Counted from the first letter of the stretch, positions 12,129 to 25,670 are shown. The stretch is DNA of 35,252 nt from Welwitschia mirabilis (GCA_051453625.1 JBOZIK010000001.1:14808464-14843715); one strand, 5' to 3'. The notes: generated from the sequence alone by a model not told the origin. Numbers and translations: made by a program.

Positions 12129-15100
12129 TCAAAAAGCCCTAGTCTTCAATTTCCTACATAATTTTATAAACCTTTCACTACGTAATAATTTTACAAATAC
12201 ATTGGTAACTTGATCATTGATACTAATGTACTGCATCCTGACGTCCTTGCTTTGAATGTGCTCTCTAAGAAAGTGATGTCTAATCTCAACATGCTTGGTT
12301 CTTAAATGTTGTATTGCATTCTTTAAGATGTCGATGGAACTTTTATTGTTATAATAAATAGGCATGGTTTCCAAAGAGAGTTTAAAATCTTTTGACGTTT
12401 GCTTCATCCATAGTACTTGTGCATAGCAACTCCCAATAGCAATATCTTTGGCCTCAAAAGTAAAAAGAAAAATTGAATTTTTCTTTTTACTACTTCATGA
12501 AACCAAACATTGTATAATCAAGAAGTAGGTTTCACTTGAATTTTTCTTTTTACTACTTCATGAAACCAAACATTGTATAATCAAGAAGTAGGTTTCACTT
12601 GTGCTTCTTCTATCATCTTTTCATCATTCCCAATATATGTCATAATACGCAACTAGATCAAGGTAAGACTCCTTTGAGTACTAAAGTCTCTAATTAGTAG
12701 TATCCATCAAAGAATGAAAAATTATTTTAAGAGCTATAAGATGTAATTATATAGAATCACTTTGATAATAAGCACAAATTTATACACTCAAAATAAGATT
12801 AGGTATATTAGCTACAAGGGATAATAAACTATCAATCATACCTCTATATAACTTTTAATCAATCTTTTTATCATGCTCATCTTTGTCCAGTTTTATGCTT
12901 TAATTTATTAGAATTTCTTTTACTTTATAATCCCATAAACCATATTTGACTAGCAAAGTTTTAATATATTTAGTCTGTAAAATATAAGTACCTTATATGT
13001 ATTACACAACTTGGAGTTCTAAGAAGTGGTTAATTTCTCCCATGAAGCTTATTTTATAATCATCCTATACTATCTTGATAAAGTTTTTACATAGTAATTT
13101 ATTAGTATCTCAAAAGATAACATCATCTACATATAGTTGTACAATAATAAAATCTTTACCATATCTTTTAATAAATGATGTAACATCTAATGCACCTCTT
13201 TTAAAATCATTTTGGATAAGATGATCTAATAATTTCTCATACCAAGATTTAGGTTCTTGTTTGAGACCATAGAAATCCTTCCTTAATCTATAAACATGAT
13301 TTGATTTATGAGAATTTGCAAAAACCTTCTGGTTGCTCAAAATATACTTCTTCTTAAATAATTTCATTTAGAAAGATACTCTTAACATACATTTAATAGA
13401 TTTTAAATCCTTTGACATAAGTAAAGGCCAGAAGAATTCTTATTAATTTCATAAGAGCTACTAGTACAAAGGTCTCTTCAAATTTAATGCTTTCTTATTG
13501 ATTGTGTCCTTTGTCTACTAATCTTGCTTTATTGATGATCATATCATCATGTTCGTCTGTCTTATTTCTAAAAACCCACTTTATGCCAATAATAGATTTG
13601 TTGGATGGTCTTGGAGTGAATTTTCAAACATTACATCTTTAAATTTATTAATATCTTCTTGCATTACAAGCATCCAATTTTTATTATTCTCAGCATCTTT
13701 TAATGTTTTGGGTTCAACTTATGAAATATAAGCTAAAAATCATAAAATTCCTTAGTACAGCTTCTAGTTTAAATACCACCATAAGAACTACCTATTATGT
13801 TGCTAGTAGAGTAACTTCTTTTTAGTTTGATCATGTTTCAAGGATTTTCTTTATCTTTATCTTCTTCTCTCTTCTCGTTACTATCTCATTGATCTTAAAG
13901 ATGACTATATGGTTGATGAATCTATATAGGAATGTAATCATCTTACATATGCACAAATGTTTAGTTAATATCACTTATTTTTATATTTATAGTTTCCTCT
14001 ATTACATGGATTTTGTTGTTTTGTATTCCTTATTGACCATGGAATATCCTAGAAAATGTCATCATCAACTTTGAAATTGAACTTATTTAACTTATCCTTT
14101 TTATTAAAGATAAAACACTTTGATCCAAAAATATGAAAGTAACTTATGAATGGTTTCTTACTAGACCATAGCTCATATGAGGTTTTAGAAGTAAAACATC
14201 TTACTAGAACTAAATTTGAAATGTAGAAGTAGTGTTAACAACTTCTGCCTAAGAATGATAAGGTATCTGTTTATCATGCATCATTATTCTAATCATTTCA
14301 TTTATTACTCTATTCTTTATTTTGGACACTTTATTTCATTGGGAATTTATTATTCTAAATAGGTAGTGGTGAATGCTAAACTATTCACAAATTCTCTAAA
14401 CCTTACATTTTTTAACTTCATATCACTGTTACTTCTTATATTTTTGATTTTGTACCTTTTTTTATTTTGTAACCTAATACATAGCTTAGAGAAAACATTA
14501 AATGCCTCATCCTTGTATGCAAGGAGGGCTATCCATATAAAATAAGAATATCCATCAATAACACTTAAATAATATCTTTTCTTACCAAGAGATTCTATAG
14601 GATATGGATCAATAATGTTAAGATGTAAAAGATCTAAAGGATGTTTAGTTGTAATAAAGTTTTTCTTACCAAATATTATGCTTACCTTTTTCCTTTTTAG
14701 CATGCTTTACAAACATGGTTATCAATGCTTTTCAACTTGGAAAGTCATCTTACCATTTCTTTCATGAACAAGTTTTTGAGCAAGCTTTTGTTTACATATT
14801 CAAGATTTTTTTTCCATATCACCATTTCATCTATTGTACGTAATAAACACTTGGTTCTCATGTTATAAATATCTTTCATAGTAGTGATATCAACATTTAA
14901 CTTTATTATACTAGCAAATAGAACTTTGGACAAGTGATGTTCTTAAATCATATAATCATCTTTATTAATAGTAATAAAAAAATTACACCATAATTGACTA
15001 ACACTTAAAAGATTATGTTCTAAACTTAATATAAAGAACACATCTTTTATCTCATGTAGATTACCTCCTTCAATGATTTCAATACTTTGATAAATTATTT

Positions 15101-16977
15101 TGTATTATCTTTAAAGGTTACCACTTCTTTGTCTTATTCCACCAAGGTGATAAAGCTAGATTTATTTCTAGTTATATGCCTTAAACATCCACTGTTAATA
15201 TACCAAACATGTTTCTTTACCACTCTTATTGCAAACTAGGATAAAAGTATCGATCTTAATTTTGGAATCCATACTTTCTTTGGTTTATCCTGCATAAAAC
15301 ATTATATCATACTTCTAGGAATCTTGGCATTGTTAGTGTAATATCTATTTCTGAATTTCATTGAGTAATTAAATTCATAATGGCTTCTTTTGAAGTAGTA
15401 ATAATAAATAATATTATTTGTATATTCTAAATTCTCATACCTTAGTTTGTAATTCCATTTGTTAAATAAAGAGGCTAAAGTACTAATGGAGGCTTCATTA
15501 TGAGATAAATCACTTTTATCATTTGAGACTCTACATTGTTTAAGAATGATGTTTAATCTCTTCTTTTCTTGAGAAGAATTCTTATTAATCTTCTTTGAGT
15601 TAGAAAGTTCCTATCTTCCATTCTTCAATTTACATTTTAGTCTACTAATATTAGCTTTAAGAGTTAAGTTTTAAGATAATAAATTATTACAAGAACCCTT
15701 TTCTTTGAAGTAATTTTTTTTATTTTAGTACATATCTTTTATAATTTAAAAATTTTTTAAGAAATTAATCATACATTCCTTGAAGACTCACATATTTCAT
15801 CTTCACTTTCAGATTTAGACTCTTTCTTTCTCTCATCAGTTCCTCTTGGATGTGTATAATGTCCATGTAAGATGGATAATATTTTTCATTATCAAATGTT
15901 TCTACCTTAGTTGCATTTTCATCATCATCCCATCTTGTGAAGAAAGAGCTTTTTTTCTTTGGCTTTTTCTTTTGTGCTTTTTCCTGCATTCTGTCAGAAC
16001 TAGGACATTCTAAGGTTATGTATTCTTGTCCTTCACATAACCAACATTCTATCTTGGAAATATCTAATTTAGAAGAAAATTAAAAATTATTAGAAGTCTT
16101 ATATTTAGACTTACCTCTAGCTTGAAATCTAGATGAGTTTTTTATAGTCCTCCTTTTTTTGTTCTTATATGAGAGAATCCTTTTAACTCACCTTGTAATA
16201 AAAGCAAGTTCTTCATCTACATCATCGTTAGAGTTGTCTCATTCTAATTCTTTCTTTTTTTTTCTTTTGGATCTTATTTAGTAGTTTTACTAGATTTAAG
16301 AGAAATGGATTTTTCTTTAAAGATGTCATCTATTCATTTCATAAGCTATTAGAGCACTTCGTAGTTCTTCAATCTTTACAAATTTGAAATCTCTTAATTC
16401 TTTCATGACTATTATCTTGGGTCTATGTTTTGAAGTCAAGGATCTAACAACCTTGTGAATTACCTTAACCTCAAGAAAATTTTCACTAATGTCATGTATT
16501 AAATTCACAATTTTGGAGACTCTTATGAAGTATTCATGAGCTTTCTCATAATTGTTCATCTTGAAATTTTCAAACTAATTTATCTGGATAAGAAACTTTT
16601 ATTTTTTAATAATAGAAGTTCCTTTATATGTTCCTACTGGAACATTTTATATCTCTTATGTTATTTTACATCTAATTATTCTATTGAACTCCTCTATTAT
16701 AAGAGCTATATAGAGTACATTCTTAACTTTTGAGTCATACATAAAGGTTGCCTTCTCTTTTTTCCCCAATCTCTTCTTGGCTTGACTTGTGTAATGGTGT
16801 TTTTTATAACATTTATTATAGCTTTTGTAGGTTTTGAGTATTTACCTTCTATGCTTTACCAAATCTAAAACTCATAATATTGTAAGTACACCCAGCATAA
16901 TTAGTTCACTTGAAAAGTGGAGGTTTGATGGACGGAAACCCTTTTATAGTTCAATCAAGGAAGTTACTTCATTTCAT
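12129..16977 (-). pseudogene. pol: gag-pol pseudogene of B
   Basis: gag SIKPPLF..TNY (~16895-16935), UBN2-like ORF 16326-16559, zinc-knuckle relic CWLCEGQEYITLEC (~15998-16040), PR WYINSGCLRH (~15175-15205), INT ORF 14350-14703, RT YGLKQ...QLYVDDVIF (13110-13367), RH RTKHVEIRHHFLRE (12129-12407). Confidence 0.93.
12475..12600. repeat. Exact 63-bp tandem duplication in B RNase H
   Basis: 12475-12537 is identical to 12538-12600. Confidence 0.9.
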
Positions 16978-16986
16978 GAGTATTCC

Positions 16987-16997
16987 CTCTAATACCA
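16987..16997 (-). promoter_or_regulatory. Primer binding site of B (tRNA-iMet type)
   Basis: CTCTAATACCA on plus = TGGTATTAGAG on minus, immediately upstream of gag. Confidence 0.8.
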
Positions 16998-16999
16998 CT

Positions 17000-18442
17000 T
17001 AAGGATTTTTGAACTCAAATAAAAGGGTAAATGAGGTCTATTAAAAATAAATTTTACTAAAAACAAATTAAAAATAAATAATGAATACCTTAGCAAGACA
17101 CCATGGTACTCCAACCTAGGTACATCCACACACAGAGGGTAGCTTCCTCTCACACTTCTAAATATTCTTAAACTATAAAAATAGTGTCTTTAGAGCACTA
17201 CCAATATTACATATGATATGAGATGCTTCTTGTAAGGTATCACTTTCTTTTCTTCANNNNNNNNNNNNNNNNNNNNNNNNNNNNNNNNNNNNNNNNNNNN
17301 NNNNNNNNNNNNNNNNNNNNNNNNNNNNNNNNNNNNNNNNNNNNNNNNNNNNNNNNNNNNNNNNNNNNNNNNNNNNNNNNNNNNNNNNNNNNNNNNNNNN
17401 NNNNNNNNNNNNNNNNNNNNNNNNNNNNNNNNNNNNNNNNNNNNNNNNNNNNNNNNNNNNNNNNNNNNNNNNNNNNNNNNNNNNNNNNNNNNNNNNNNNN
17501 NNNNNNNNNNNNNNNNNNNNNNNNNNNNNNNNNNNNNNNNNNNNNNNNNNNNNNNNNNNNNNNNNNNNNNNNNNNNNNNNNNNNNNNNNNNNNNNNNNNN
17601 NNNNNNNNNNNNNNNNNNNNNNNNNNNNNNNNNNNNNNNNNNNNNNNNNNNNNNNNNNNNNNNNNNNNNNNNNNNNNNNNNNNNNNNNNNNNNNNNNNNN
17701 NNNNNNNNNNNNNNNNNNNNNNNNNNNNNNNNNNNNNNNNNNNNNNNNNNNNNNNNNNNGGTATAACTAACAAAACAATATCAAAATATGCTTACAAGTG
17801 CTAACACAATGTGAAATGCTTCTCACAAGGTAGCATTCTATTCCCCTCAGGGATAACTAATAACATAATACTAAAAATATACTCATAAGAACAAACATAA
17901 TGTGAGATGCTTCTCACAAGGTAGCACTCTCTTTCCCTCAGGGATATCCAATAATACAATATCAAAACATGCTCATAATCACTTATAAAAGAAGACTTGT
18001 ACATGAGTTGCCTTATAATATGGATCCCTAACAAGGGATCCTTAAGTTTCATAATGAGAAATGGATTATACAAGAGTATTTACAAATATCATAATCTAAT
18101 TCTTTAAATCTAAGAAATAATGATAATGAATATAACAACAAGCCTAAATAATTTACCTTTGATGGAGAGCTTGAGTTTCTTCTTATTGTTATCACCCCAA
18201 GTGCCAAAAAATGATGAAGTTCTATGATCTAATGAGTAAATGATGTAGTTACTAAAAGTCCCTTGCAAAAATTAGCTTGATGCTTCATGAGTAGATCCAA
18301 TCACTCTTGTGTTCTTATGTGCATATGTATTTTTCTATAGATGCATAAGATCCATATGTCACATCATGCCTTTATATCTTTATATGAGTTTCTAGTTGTT
18401 TGACCTAACAAAGTAGACATTTGAACTTTATAACTACATGCA
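17000..18442 (-). repeat. 5' LTR of element B, lacking ~650 bp of its 5' end
   Basis: Adjacent to the PBS; 18033-18442 matches 1-413; no match to 414-1063 beyond 18442. Confidence 0.8.
17130..17980. repeat. ~91-bp tandem repeat inside B's LTR, spanning an N gap
   Basis: ATGCTTCTCACAAGGTAGCA at 17816 and 17907 (period 91); related ATGCTTCTTGTAAGGTATCA at 17223 just before the gap. Confidence 0.75.
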
Positions 18443-19950
18443 CACACCTAGAATTTATAGATCTTTTAAAGGCAAGGAAGTGAAAGCTTCTACCACTCAT
18501 TGAATATAGATATATATATATATCTATTTACTAGCATTAATAAGAAAGATAACATGAAATTTGACAGTGAATCCAAAACAAAAATATCTCTTAGAGAGTA
18601 ATCCATAGATGTGAATGACTTTAAAACTATTACCTACATAATAGTGCAAATATTTCAGTACTAGAAGTGGATGTCTCTTTTGATACTTCATCTAGAAGTA
18701 ATTGCAGTAATGGTAGGAGTTTTCTATGCCAATACAAAGGTGGTCTCTATACTAGATGTTGTGATAAAGACTAACTGATTAAGCATAGATTTGTAAGTAA
18801 CTCTATATGTAATTACAAAGGTCTTGAATATTCAACATATTGAAATGCTTTACTTATCATTTACTAATTTTAACTATTCAAAGAGATACTAGCATGCCTA
18901 TGACCTATGTAAACATGAATTTGATTGGAATTCTGCCATCACCTTTAGAGTTAGAAATCTTACTACTCTTGATAAGGTACTTTATTACCTCTTTAATTAT
19001 ATTATTCTTCTACTTTATAAATATACAGATGATGTGATACTATACTAAATCAGATTTTCACATTGATTTTACTCTCAAGAAAAGGTAGATGCCTCTATAG
19101 TTATATTAATGTTTTAATGCAGACTATTCAATATGAGAATAGAATACTATGATAGGAAGCACTAATCATGTTGCTATGCAATAAATATATAATCTCTCTT
19201 CTATACCATATTGTTACAATTCTTTATCCATCATAGCCTCTTAATTATTCCACCCTTATACATATGCATAAGCGGATCCTGTTCTTAATCCTATCAGAGG
19301 TATAGGTTCATGTACATATTTTAGTCCACATACTTATGCTATTAGGTCTTATAATAGCATAAATCATATTATGGACATGCTTCAAGTCATTTATGCCCAA
19401 ATTTATAAGTAGAACTAGAGCTAGCAGTACTTAATTCATCTTCTTAAGGAGATGAAAAAAAGTAGGTATACACTAATGTGCTATCTCCTCTAGATACTTC
19501 TTACTTTAAGACATAAAAGTTTACTCCTTCATAAAATTATTCAATTTTAGAGATAGAAGAAGAGGAGGAGGAGGAGGAAAAAAAGGAAGTGGCAAATGAA
19601 AAAGAAGCTAAGAAGGCTTAAGCAGAAGAGAAGATAGAGGAAGAATTAAAGGAAAAGGATGAGAAGGATAAAGTGTTAAAGAAATAATCTAAGGAGGAGA
19701 AATCATTTGAGGAATTCACCACAGTTGTCAAGAAAATGGAGAGAAAACCTAAGCCCATCATCATAACATGAGGATGCTTTCTTATGTCATTATTTCAAGG
19801 CCCATATGCACTACATCTAATATCACCTTTACTCCTCAACTATCACAATGTCATAAACATCTTTCTCTAAATGGTCTACTTCCATTCCAACTACTCAGTC
19901 TGCTTATGGATCTATCACTCAGTTAACTCATGACTCATAGGCCTTAAGCA
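18443..19950 (+). pseudogene. Fragment E: orphan extra (env-like) ORF of a Sirevirus-like element, homologous to 34069-35252
   Basis: PRIYRSFKGKEVKASTTH*I.., MKFDSE, VGVFYANTK (FYAN 18722-18733), DL*VTLYVITKVLNI, then an E/K-rich tract (~19550-19750); same order of motifs as C's ORF. Confidence 0.65.
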
Positions 19951-20046
19951 TCTCATAAAGATTAAACATAGAGTCTAACCAAACTATTTCGTGATGTGAA
20001 CTTTATTATTATCCTTGTTTTTATAATTTACATTTCTCACCTCCCT

Positions 20047-21087
20047 TGTTATTGTCAAATTCTAGCTAAAGAACATAAGGTGTATTAACTTACAACATAA
20101 GTAATTAAACTGTAGTTCAGATGAAGTAAGATTCTTAATGAGAGAGCTAGAAATTCATTAGTTAGTCAAGTAGCATATACTTAATGGTCAACTACGTGCT
20201 ACACATAAACAAAACCTAACACTCAATAATTGATTCACCTATCCTAAGGGTTGATTGCTTGAAGCATAAAATGTTAAAGATTTAAGTAGTGGTTGATCAA
20301 TTCATCTAAAGAATCAATTGTTTAAAGAATAGTTGTAAATATATCAAATTCATCAAGGGTTTAATCAAATGAGAATAGGGGTTAACTAGCTAAGGAATAA
20401 ACCAGCATGTAAGACAAGGTAAACTAGCATGCACTCTACTATAACTAAGACTAACTATTGAAGACTAAATTTTACCATTAAATAGAGGTTTTGAAAGGCT
20501 AATTAAACCTTTTAGATGTGTCATTAATCATATCTAATGTAATCATATCATATAATAATTAAAATTGACTTACTATAAATGGGAAAATTTTCATATGGAT
20601 TAAAAAAACTTTTGAAATTATGATCTAATCTCTCTTATTATACCATTAACTCACTTTTTATTATATTCTCTTATACTCTATCCTATATACACATATCATC
20701 ATTATAATATAAGTCATTTGGGTGTGCTTTGAGGTTAAGGATTACTATAAAATTTCATTTGTAAGGCTAAGAACTACTATAGTATCCTTTTGGAGTGTTA
20801 TTAAAGATGACATTTAAAAATAAAAAAAATAGGCTTGTTTTTGCTAGTTGTGCATTCTCTCTTTGATTTAATTAGATATTTAAATATGCTTAATTGTATG
20901 TATCATCATTCTATTTATATTAATACTAAATAATTGATTATTGACTAGAGATACTTCCATTACATTATAAATTATATTATTCCAACATAGTATTAGATAA
21001 TAAAATTGCAAAAATAACCTAAGCTATCCTATTCTACTCTACCATCTAGAATAGTCAGTTTTAATAGATGCCATTACTTATTTTAAC
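20047..21087 (+). mobile_element. Fragment F: LTR (20047-20987) + decayed PBS + start of a copia-like gag
   Basis: TGTT...AACA ends, CTATAAAT at ~20573, TAGTATTAGA at 20988-20997, then RIVSFNRCHYYF resembling the copia gag P.FNG.NY motif. No partner LTR, so the left edge is inferred. Confidence 0.55.
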
Positions 21088-21089
21088 AT

Positions 21090-23146
21090 ATTTAAGCTTT
21101 ATTTATAGGTTTCAATGTTAAAAATATTTATGAAAAGACTTGGAACTTTTATCTTTTTGTTTTTTCTACTCAAAACCAATTCGTTGACTTCACTAAATAT
21201 GTTTATATTTTTTAAATTCTTAATAATAAGAATTAATTTATCCTTCTTTCTTCCATTTGTTCTTTTTTCAACTATATATTCAATTGTCTTCTTGCATTTC
21301 ATCATTTATCTCTTTAACTTCATTCCTCTTTTCATGCAAAATTTTGAGTTCTCTTAGGATCATTTAAGCACTAGATCTTTAAGCGTTTTTCCCCAAAAAT
21401 TATATTAATTTGATCCATGAGTTTTAGACATTCATTATAATATAGTCTGTTTTGGATTTTTCTTCCTCAATCTTCCCTCATCTAAGAATTTTTCAAGCGC
21501 TTCTTTATTAGGAATTTTCATCTATTGTGATTATTCAATGATTAGAACTCATTTGAGTAAGCTTAGCTACTTCAATATTATTAAAGTACAAAACCTAGAT
21601 TTGGAAACACTAAAACCCATCTAGCCTATAACAAATTCTATCCTTGTACTTTCTCATATTACCTTAACTATAAATATAGCCATTAATAGAAATTTTAACT
21701 ATTTCTACTCTCTTTAGCTCCTTCTAAAATAGTTTCTTCTATTTTAGTAACTATTACCTCCAAGTTTTTCTCCTTGATGAAGTACATTATTAAAGTTTCC
21801 CTAGAAAATGAATGAAATTTTTTTAAGAAACTCCTCCCAAAATCTCAACTTTTCTTCCATGTTTATCAAAGCATAAGTATTACTCAGAGATAAAGGAACT
21901 TTCTAATTGATTTTCATAGTCATCATGTTTTCATTATTCCAAAGAATATAAACATAATAATGGTTCTTCTAAATGATCCATTCCACATGCATTACCTTGA
22001 GAATTCCTTATAGCATAGAACATATTTTTAAAACATTTTATAATCATTTGTATGCTAGTTATGTAATTTATTTTCATATATTAAAATACATAGGAAATTT
22101 AAAACTTCTTCCTTCCATCATTATTTAATGATGGATTGTTATAAGGGACTATTATAGCTCCTTACATTTTATAACATCTTCTCATCTGTTTTTGAAGGAT
22201 ATGACTCTTCCAAGAATACTTATTTATTCATATTATGGAATGTGATGTAGCTTATTTTGATTATTGTTTGGATATTATATGTACTTTAGGACTTAACCTA
22301 TATTAGCAATTCTTAATGCATGCTATTTAAATTAGTTATTAGGACTAATTAAAATTTTTTTAAGTTGAGTTAAATGAAAGTTACTCTACTTGATTAAGTT
22401 CCATTGGTTTATAAGTATATTCTATGTCTTCACATGTCTCTTAATCTTAGGTTAATAGGGAAATTGAGGTTTTAATCATTTTTATTAAAACTAACTTAAC
22501 TTACGTTGAAGGAGTTATCTCTTCATCATTAACTTTGTCATTACTACAATTCTTCTAAGAAGAATCCTAGGTGGAAGGTTCTATCTCAACTCTATGTTCA
22601 AGGTAAACATCTTTATTTATATTTGTCTTTTGGATTTTCCTTCATTGTAATCTAATATTATTTCTCAAATAAAATTTTCCTTTATGTTTAGTCAATCCAT
22701 CACTTTCTTTTATTTTAAGTTCTATCAAAAAATTCCTCTTTGTAATTTATAAACATGCAAAGATTTGGATTCCTTCAAAAGATAACCCTAAATCTTATAA
22801 CATTTCAAAATAATATAATACTAATGGGATTTAANNNNNNNNNNGATTTAATGTTTTAAATGAAATAGTTAGTATACATAAATTAGGATCTAAGTTATGA
22901 AATTTGAATCAAATACATTTCTAATATAAGAAATATTTTTCATTCATTAAAACACATTATGATCTCATGGCCAAAAATATTCAACTTTGGTAATAATTGT
23001 TTGGTTGTTGTTTCTTGATATTTAAAAAGAATAAAATAACTAAGGGAAGAGATGGACATGTTTCCTGTTAATACTTTAACGGATAGTTGTGTCTACTTAG
23101 GAAGGTTTAGCATGGGAAAATAATACTATCTATTGCACCTTCCAGT
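21090..23146 (-). pseudogene. Remnant G: heavily decayed pol-like sequence, probably Ty3/gypsy type
   Basis: Faint minus-strand motifs: FSEVNELVL (cf. integrase C-terminal F.VGDLVL; ORF 21099-21305), ISILGRVIS (~22195-22225; cf. RT I.FLG..IS), VEYFWP (~22969-22986). No LTR seen; may be more than one fragment. Confidence 0.35.
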
Positions 23147-24254
23147 TGTTAGTGGATGATAAGCCAAATTTCATTCTATATGATTAATGTAATAATGCTT
23201 CTACAAGACAAACTAGATTTCTTATATCTAAAACTAGAACACACTGCTAAAGGTAATTAAGGCACTAGAAGCACAAGATAATAATTAAGATTATTAGAGA
23301 ATAAACCATGTAGGAACTTAAGTGAAACTATGAAAATCTTTTAGGTGGTAGACAAACATTCTCCAAGGGGTTAGCCACATATTATTCAACAAATAGGAAT
23401 ATGCAACTAACATTCAACTGGTTGGAAGAATGAGTTAACCACCTAGTGACTAATTAGTAGTAATTTAGAGGTGGTAGATGATTGACTAATAGTAATTTAG
23501 GGATCGACCACCCTCAAATATTCCATAAACATATCTCATGGTATTGAATGACTCTGGAAAGGGCTAGATCACCTTTAGTGAAGAACCTCTTTAGGGGTCA
23601 ATTGAATCATCAAGGAGGTTAACCACTAGTGTAATGGTTAGTGGAAGTATATCCAATATGAACTATTGACAACCATTAAGACAACATCTTGGGAAGATAA
23701 ATGATCATTTTAAAGGTTTCAATAGTTAATTTTCTCATCATCTTGACCTATGACAACTAGAATCTTATTTTTATAAATAATTTATTCTTGTAGTAATAAG
23801 GACCTTTTGCCAAATTTACAGTAGTAATTTTTCAAGTATCCTTAATTTTTCTCTTATACTCCTTTACCGTCTTCAATATCTCCATACATAATTATGAAAG
23901 TAAGTAATCTAAATTAGCTTATTCTTATAGCTAAAAATTATTAGAAAATTCTAATTATATTAGTGGAGGGCTACTGTAAATTTTTGTTGGATGTCTAATA
24001 GGAGGCCATACTTGCAATAAAGAAAAATGTATTTTTCTTCATTACATTGTATCTATTGTTCTTTATTCTTTAGTAAAATTGATGTGCTTAATTGTTATAT
24101 GCATTATTAATTGTATGAATTATTATCAGAGTCAATTTGAGACAAGCTATTATTTATTTCGATAATAGTTTACATTATTAAAACTTGATGTTGAGCATTT
24201 AAATTGTAAAACCTACCTATTCAACCCTTTCCTCTAGGATATCTGGTACTAAAA
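23147..24254 (+). repeat. 5' LTR of element C (left boundary inferred)
   Basis: Starts TGTTAG; decayed GGTCGACC-type motifs at ~23368-23625; TATAAATA at ~23772; C-rich signal before the PBS. The second LTR is not in the window. Confidence 0.6.
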
Positions 24255-24256
24255 AT

Positions 24257-24268
24257 TGGTATTGGAGC
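24257..24268 (+). promoter_or_regulatory. Primer binding site of C (tRNA-iMet type)
   Basis: TGGTATTGGAGC vs TGGTATCAGAGC. Confidence 0.8.
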
Positions 24269-24320
24269 TCTAGCATAAGAATTTATTTTTGTTATTTAAT
24301 TACTTGATAAGATATCTATC

Positions 24321-25451
24321 ATGAAAAACCAACTAATCAACTATCTACCTTGCTTTACTAGTGATAATTATGAGTTTTGCAAGATAAGGATGCAAGTCTT
24401 CATTGGAGCTCTGAGTTTGACTATTAGACAATTACAGAGAAAGTTTTTCACCCTTTAATTAAACCTCAAATAGTAGATGGGTTTACTACCTTCATAGAAA
24501 GGATATAAAAAATACTAGTAATTCTTAACAAGAAGAAAATAAATGCCATATGTTATGAACCTAATTTGCAGGACTACAAAAAGTAAGAAATTTTTCTACC
24601 ACAAAAGAGATATGGAAATAGTTGTATGTAACATATGAAGAAACTAATTAGATTATTAAGATCAAAAAACAAATTCTCATAATATAATTTGAGAAAATTC
24701 AAATTCAAGATGATGAAACCTTTATAAAATTTAATTACAAGCTTATGTGTATTGTCAATAAACTTTGGAAACTTGGAGAACCTTTCAAATCAAGCCAAAT
24801 TTTAGATAAGATATTGCAATCACTTCTAAAAGCTTATGAGGACAAACTATTATCAATCGAATACATAAATGACATTGATAACATTAACTTATAGTAATTG
24901 GTAAGTGATATCTTGACATTTGAGCTTTAACATATTCATAAAGGTAATAAAGGCAAAGGTATGGCTCTTAATGTTAAATAAATTCATTCCTCTAGAAATA
25001 ACAATGATGAATCACATGGTTTATCATCTTCTAATTATGATTCTAACATGGATGAGGAGGTAGCATTATTTACTAGAAAATTCAAAAAATATGTTGGTAA
25101 AAAGAAAATGAAGAAATAAGAGGGATTATGGCATAACATCTTTAAGACCAAAGAGTAACAAAAGAGAGAAAAGTACCTAATTCTATTCTTGTAAAGGGTT
25201 TCAGTACATGATAACTAAGTGCCTAGATGTCAAGAAAAGGAATACATTAAGGAACTCTAGTAAGAAATGCAATATGACCACTTGGAATAGTGATGAATGA
25301 GATTAAAACAATACTTATGGTGATAAGAGACTATCACTCATGGCATTTACCTCATCTGATGTATCACTTATCTCAAAGATAAATGATTCTTTCAAGTTTG
25401 ATTTGACTAAACCTCATGAGTTAGAATTAAGTGACTTACCAAGTTATGTTT
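24321..25451 (+). pseudogene. gag: gag pseudogene of C (5' part)
   Basis: MKNQLINYLPCFTSDNYEFCKIRMQVF; DKILQSLLKAYEDK; zinc-knuckle relic FYSCKGFQYMITKCLD (~25181-25228). Confidence 0.85.
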
Positions 25452-25670
25452 TGTAAGATTATAGAGCACGTGGAGGCATAGCAAAAATAAGGGTGAACAT
25501 AGTGCAAATTTTTTCTTAGTTAATTACCATATAAGTACATCACATCTTTCTAATTTGAATCCACAAAACATGGATCATATCCAAAATCACATGAAGAACA
25601 AACTAAAAACAAGTAAAACAAACTAGTATGTGGGCATCCCCATTGTACTTTATTCAAATAGACTCTAACA
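25452..25670 (-). repeat. 3' LTR of D (219 bp)
   Basis: Colinear with 27865-28104 apart from a ~21-bp indel. Confidence 0.88.

Larger units (their letters stand above)
1..18442 (-). mobile_element. Element B: degenerate Ty1/copia LTR retrotransposon, Sirevirus (SIRE/Maximus)-like; interrupted by element A; 3' LTR runs off the window start, 5' LTR truncated
   Basis: Minus-strand order: LTR (17000-18442), tRNA-Met-type PBS (16987-16997), gag, PR, INT, RT, RH, extra ORF, PPT (1064-1077), LTR (1-1063). Bases 1-413 align with 18033-18442 (11 differences in the first 60 nt). Confidence 0.9.

Noticed and set aside
18505..18526. Perfect palindrome ATAGATATATATATATATCTAT
   Set aside because: An (AT)n microsatellite expansion, which is self-complementary by nature.
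19550..19750. GAG/GAA-rich tract as a host acidic-protein exon
   Set aside because: Contains stops and corresponds positionally to the E/K-rich tail of C's extra ORF.
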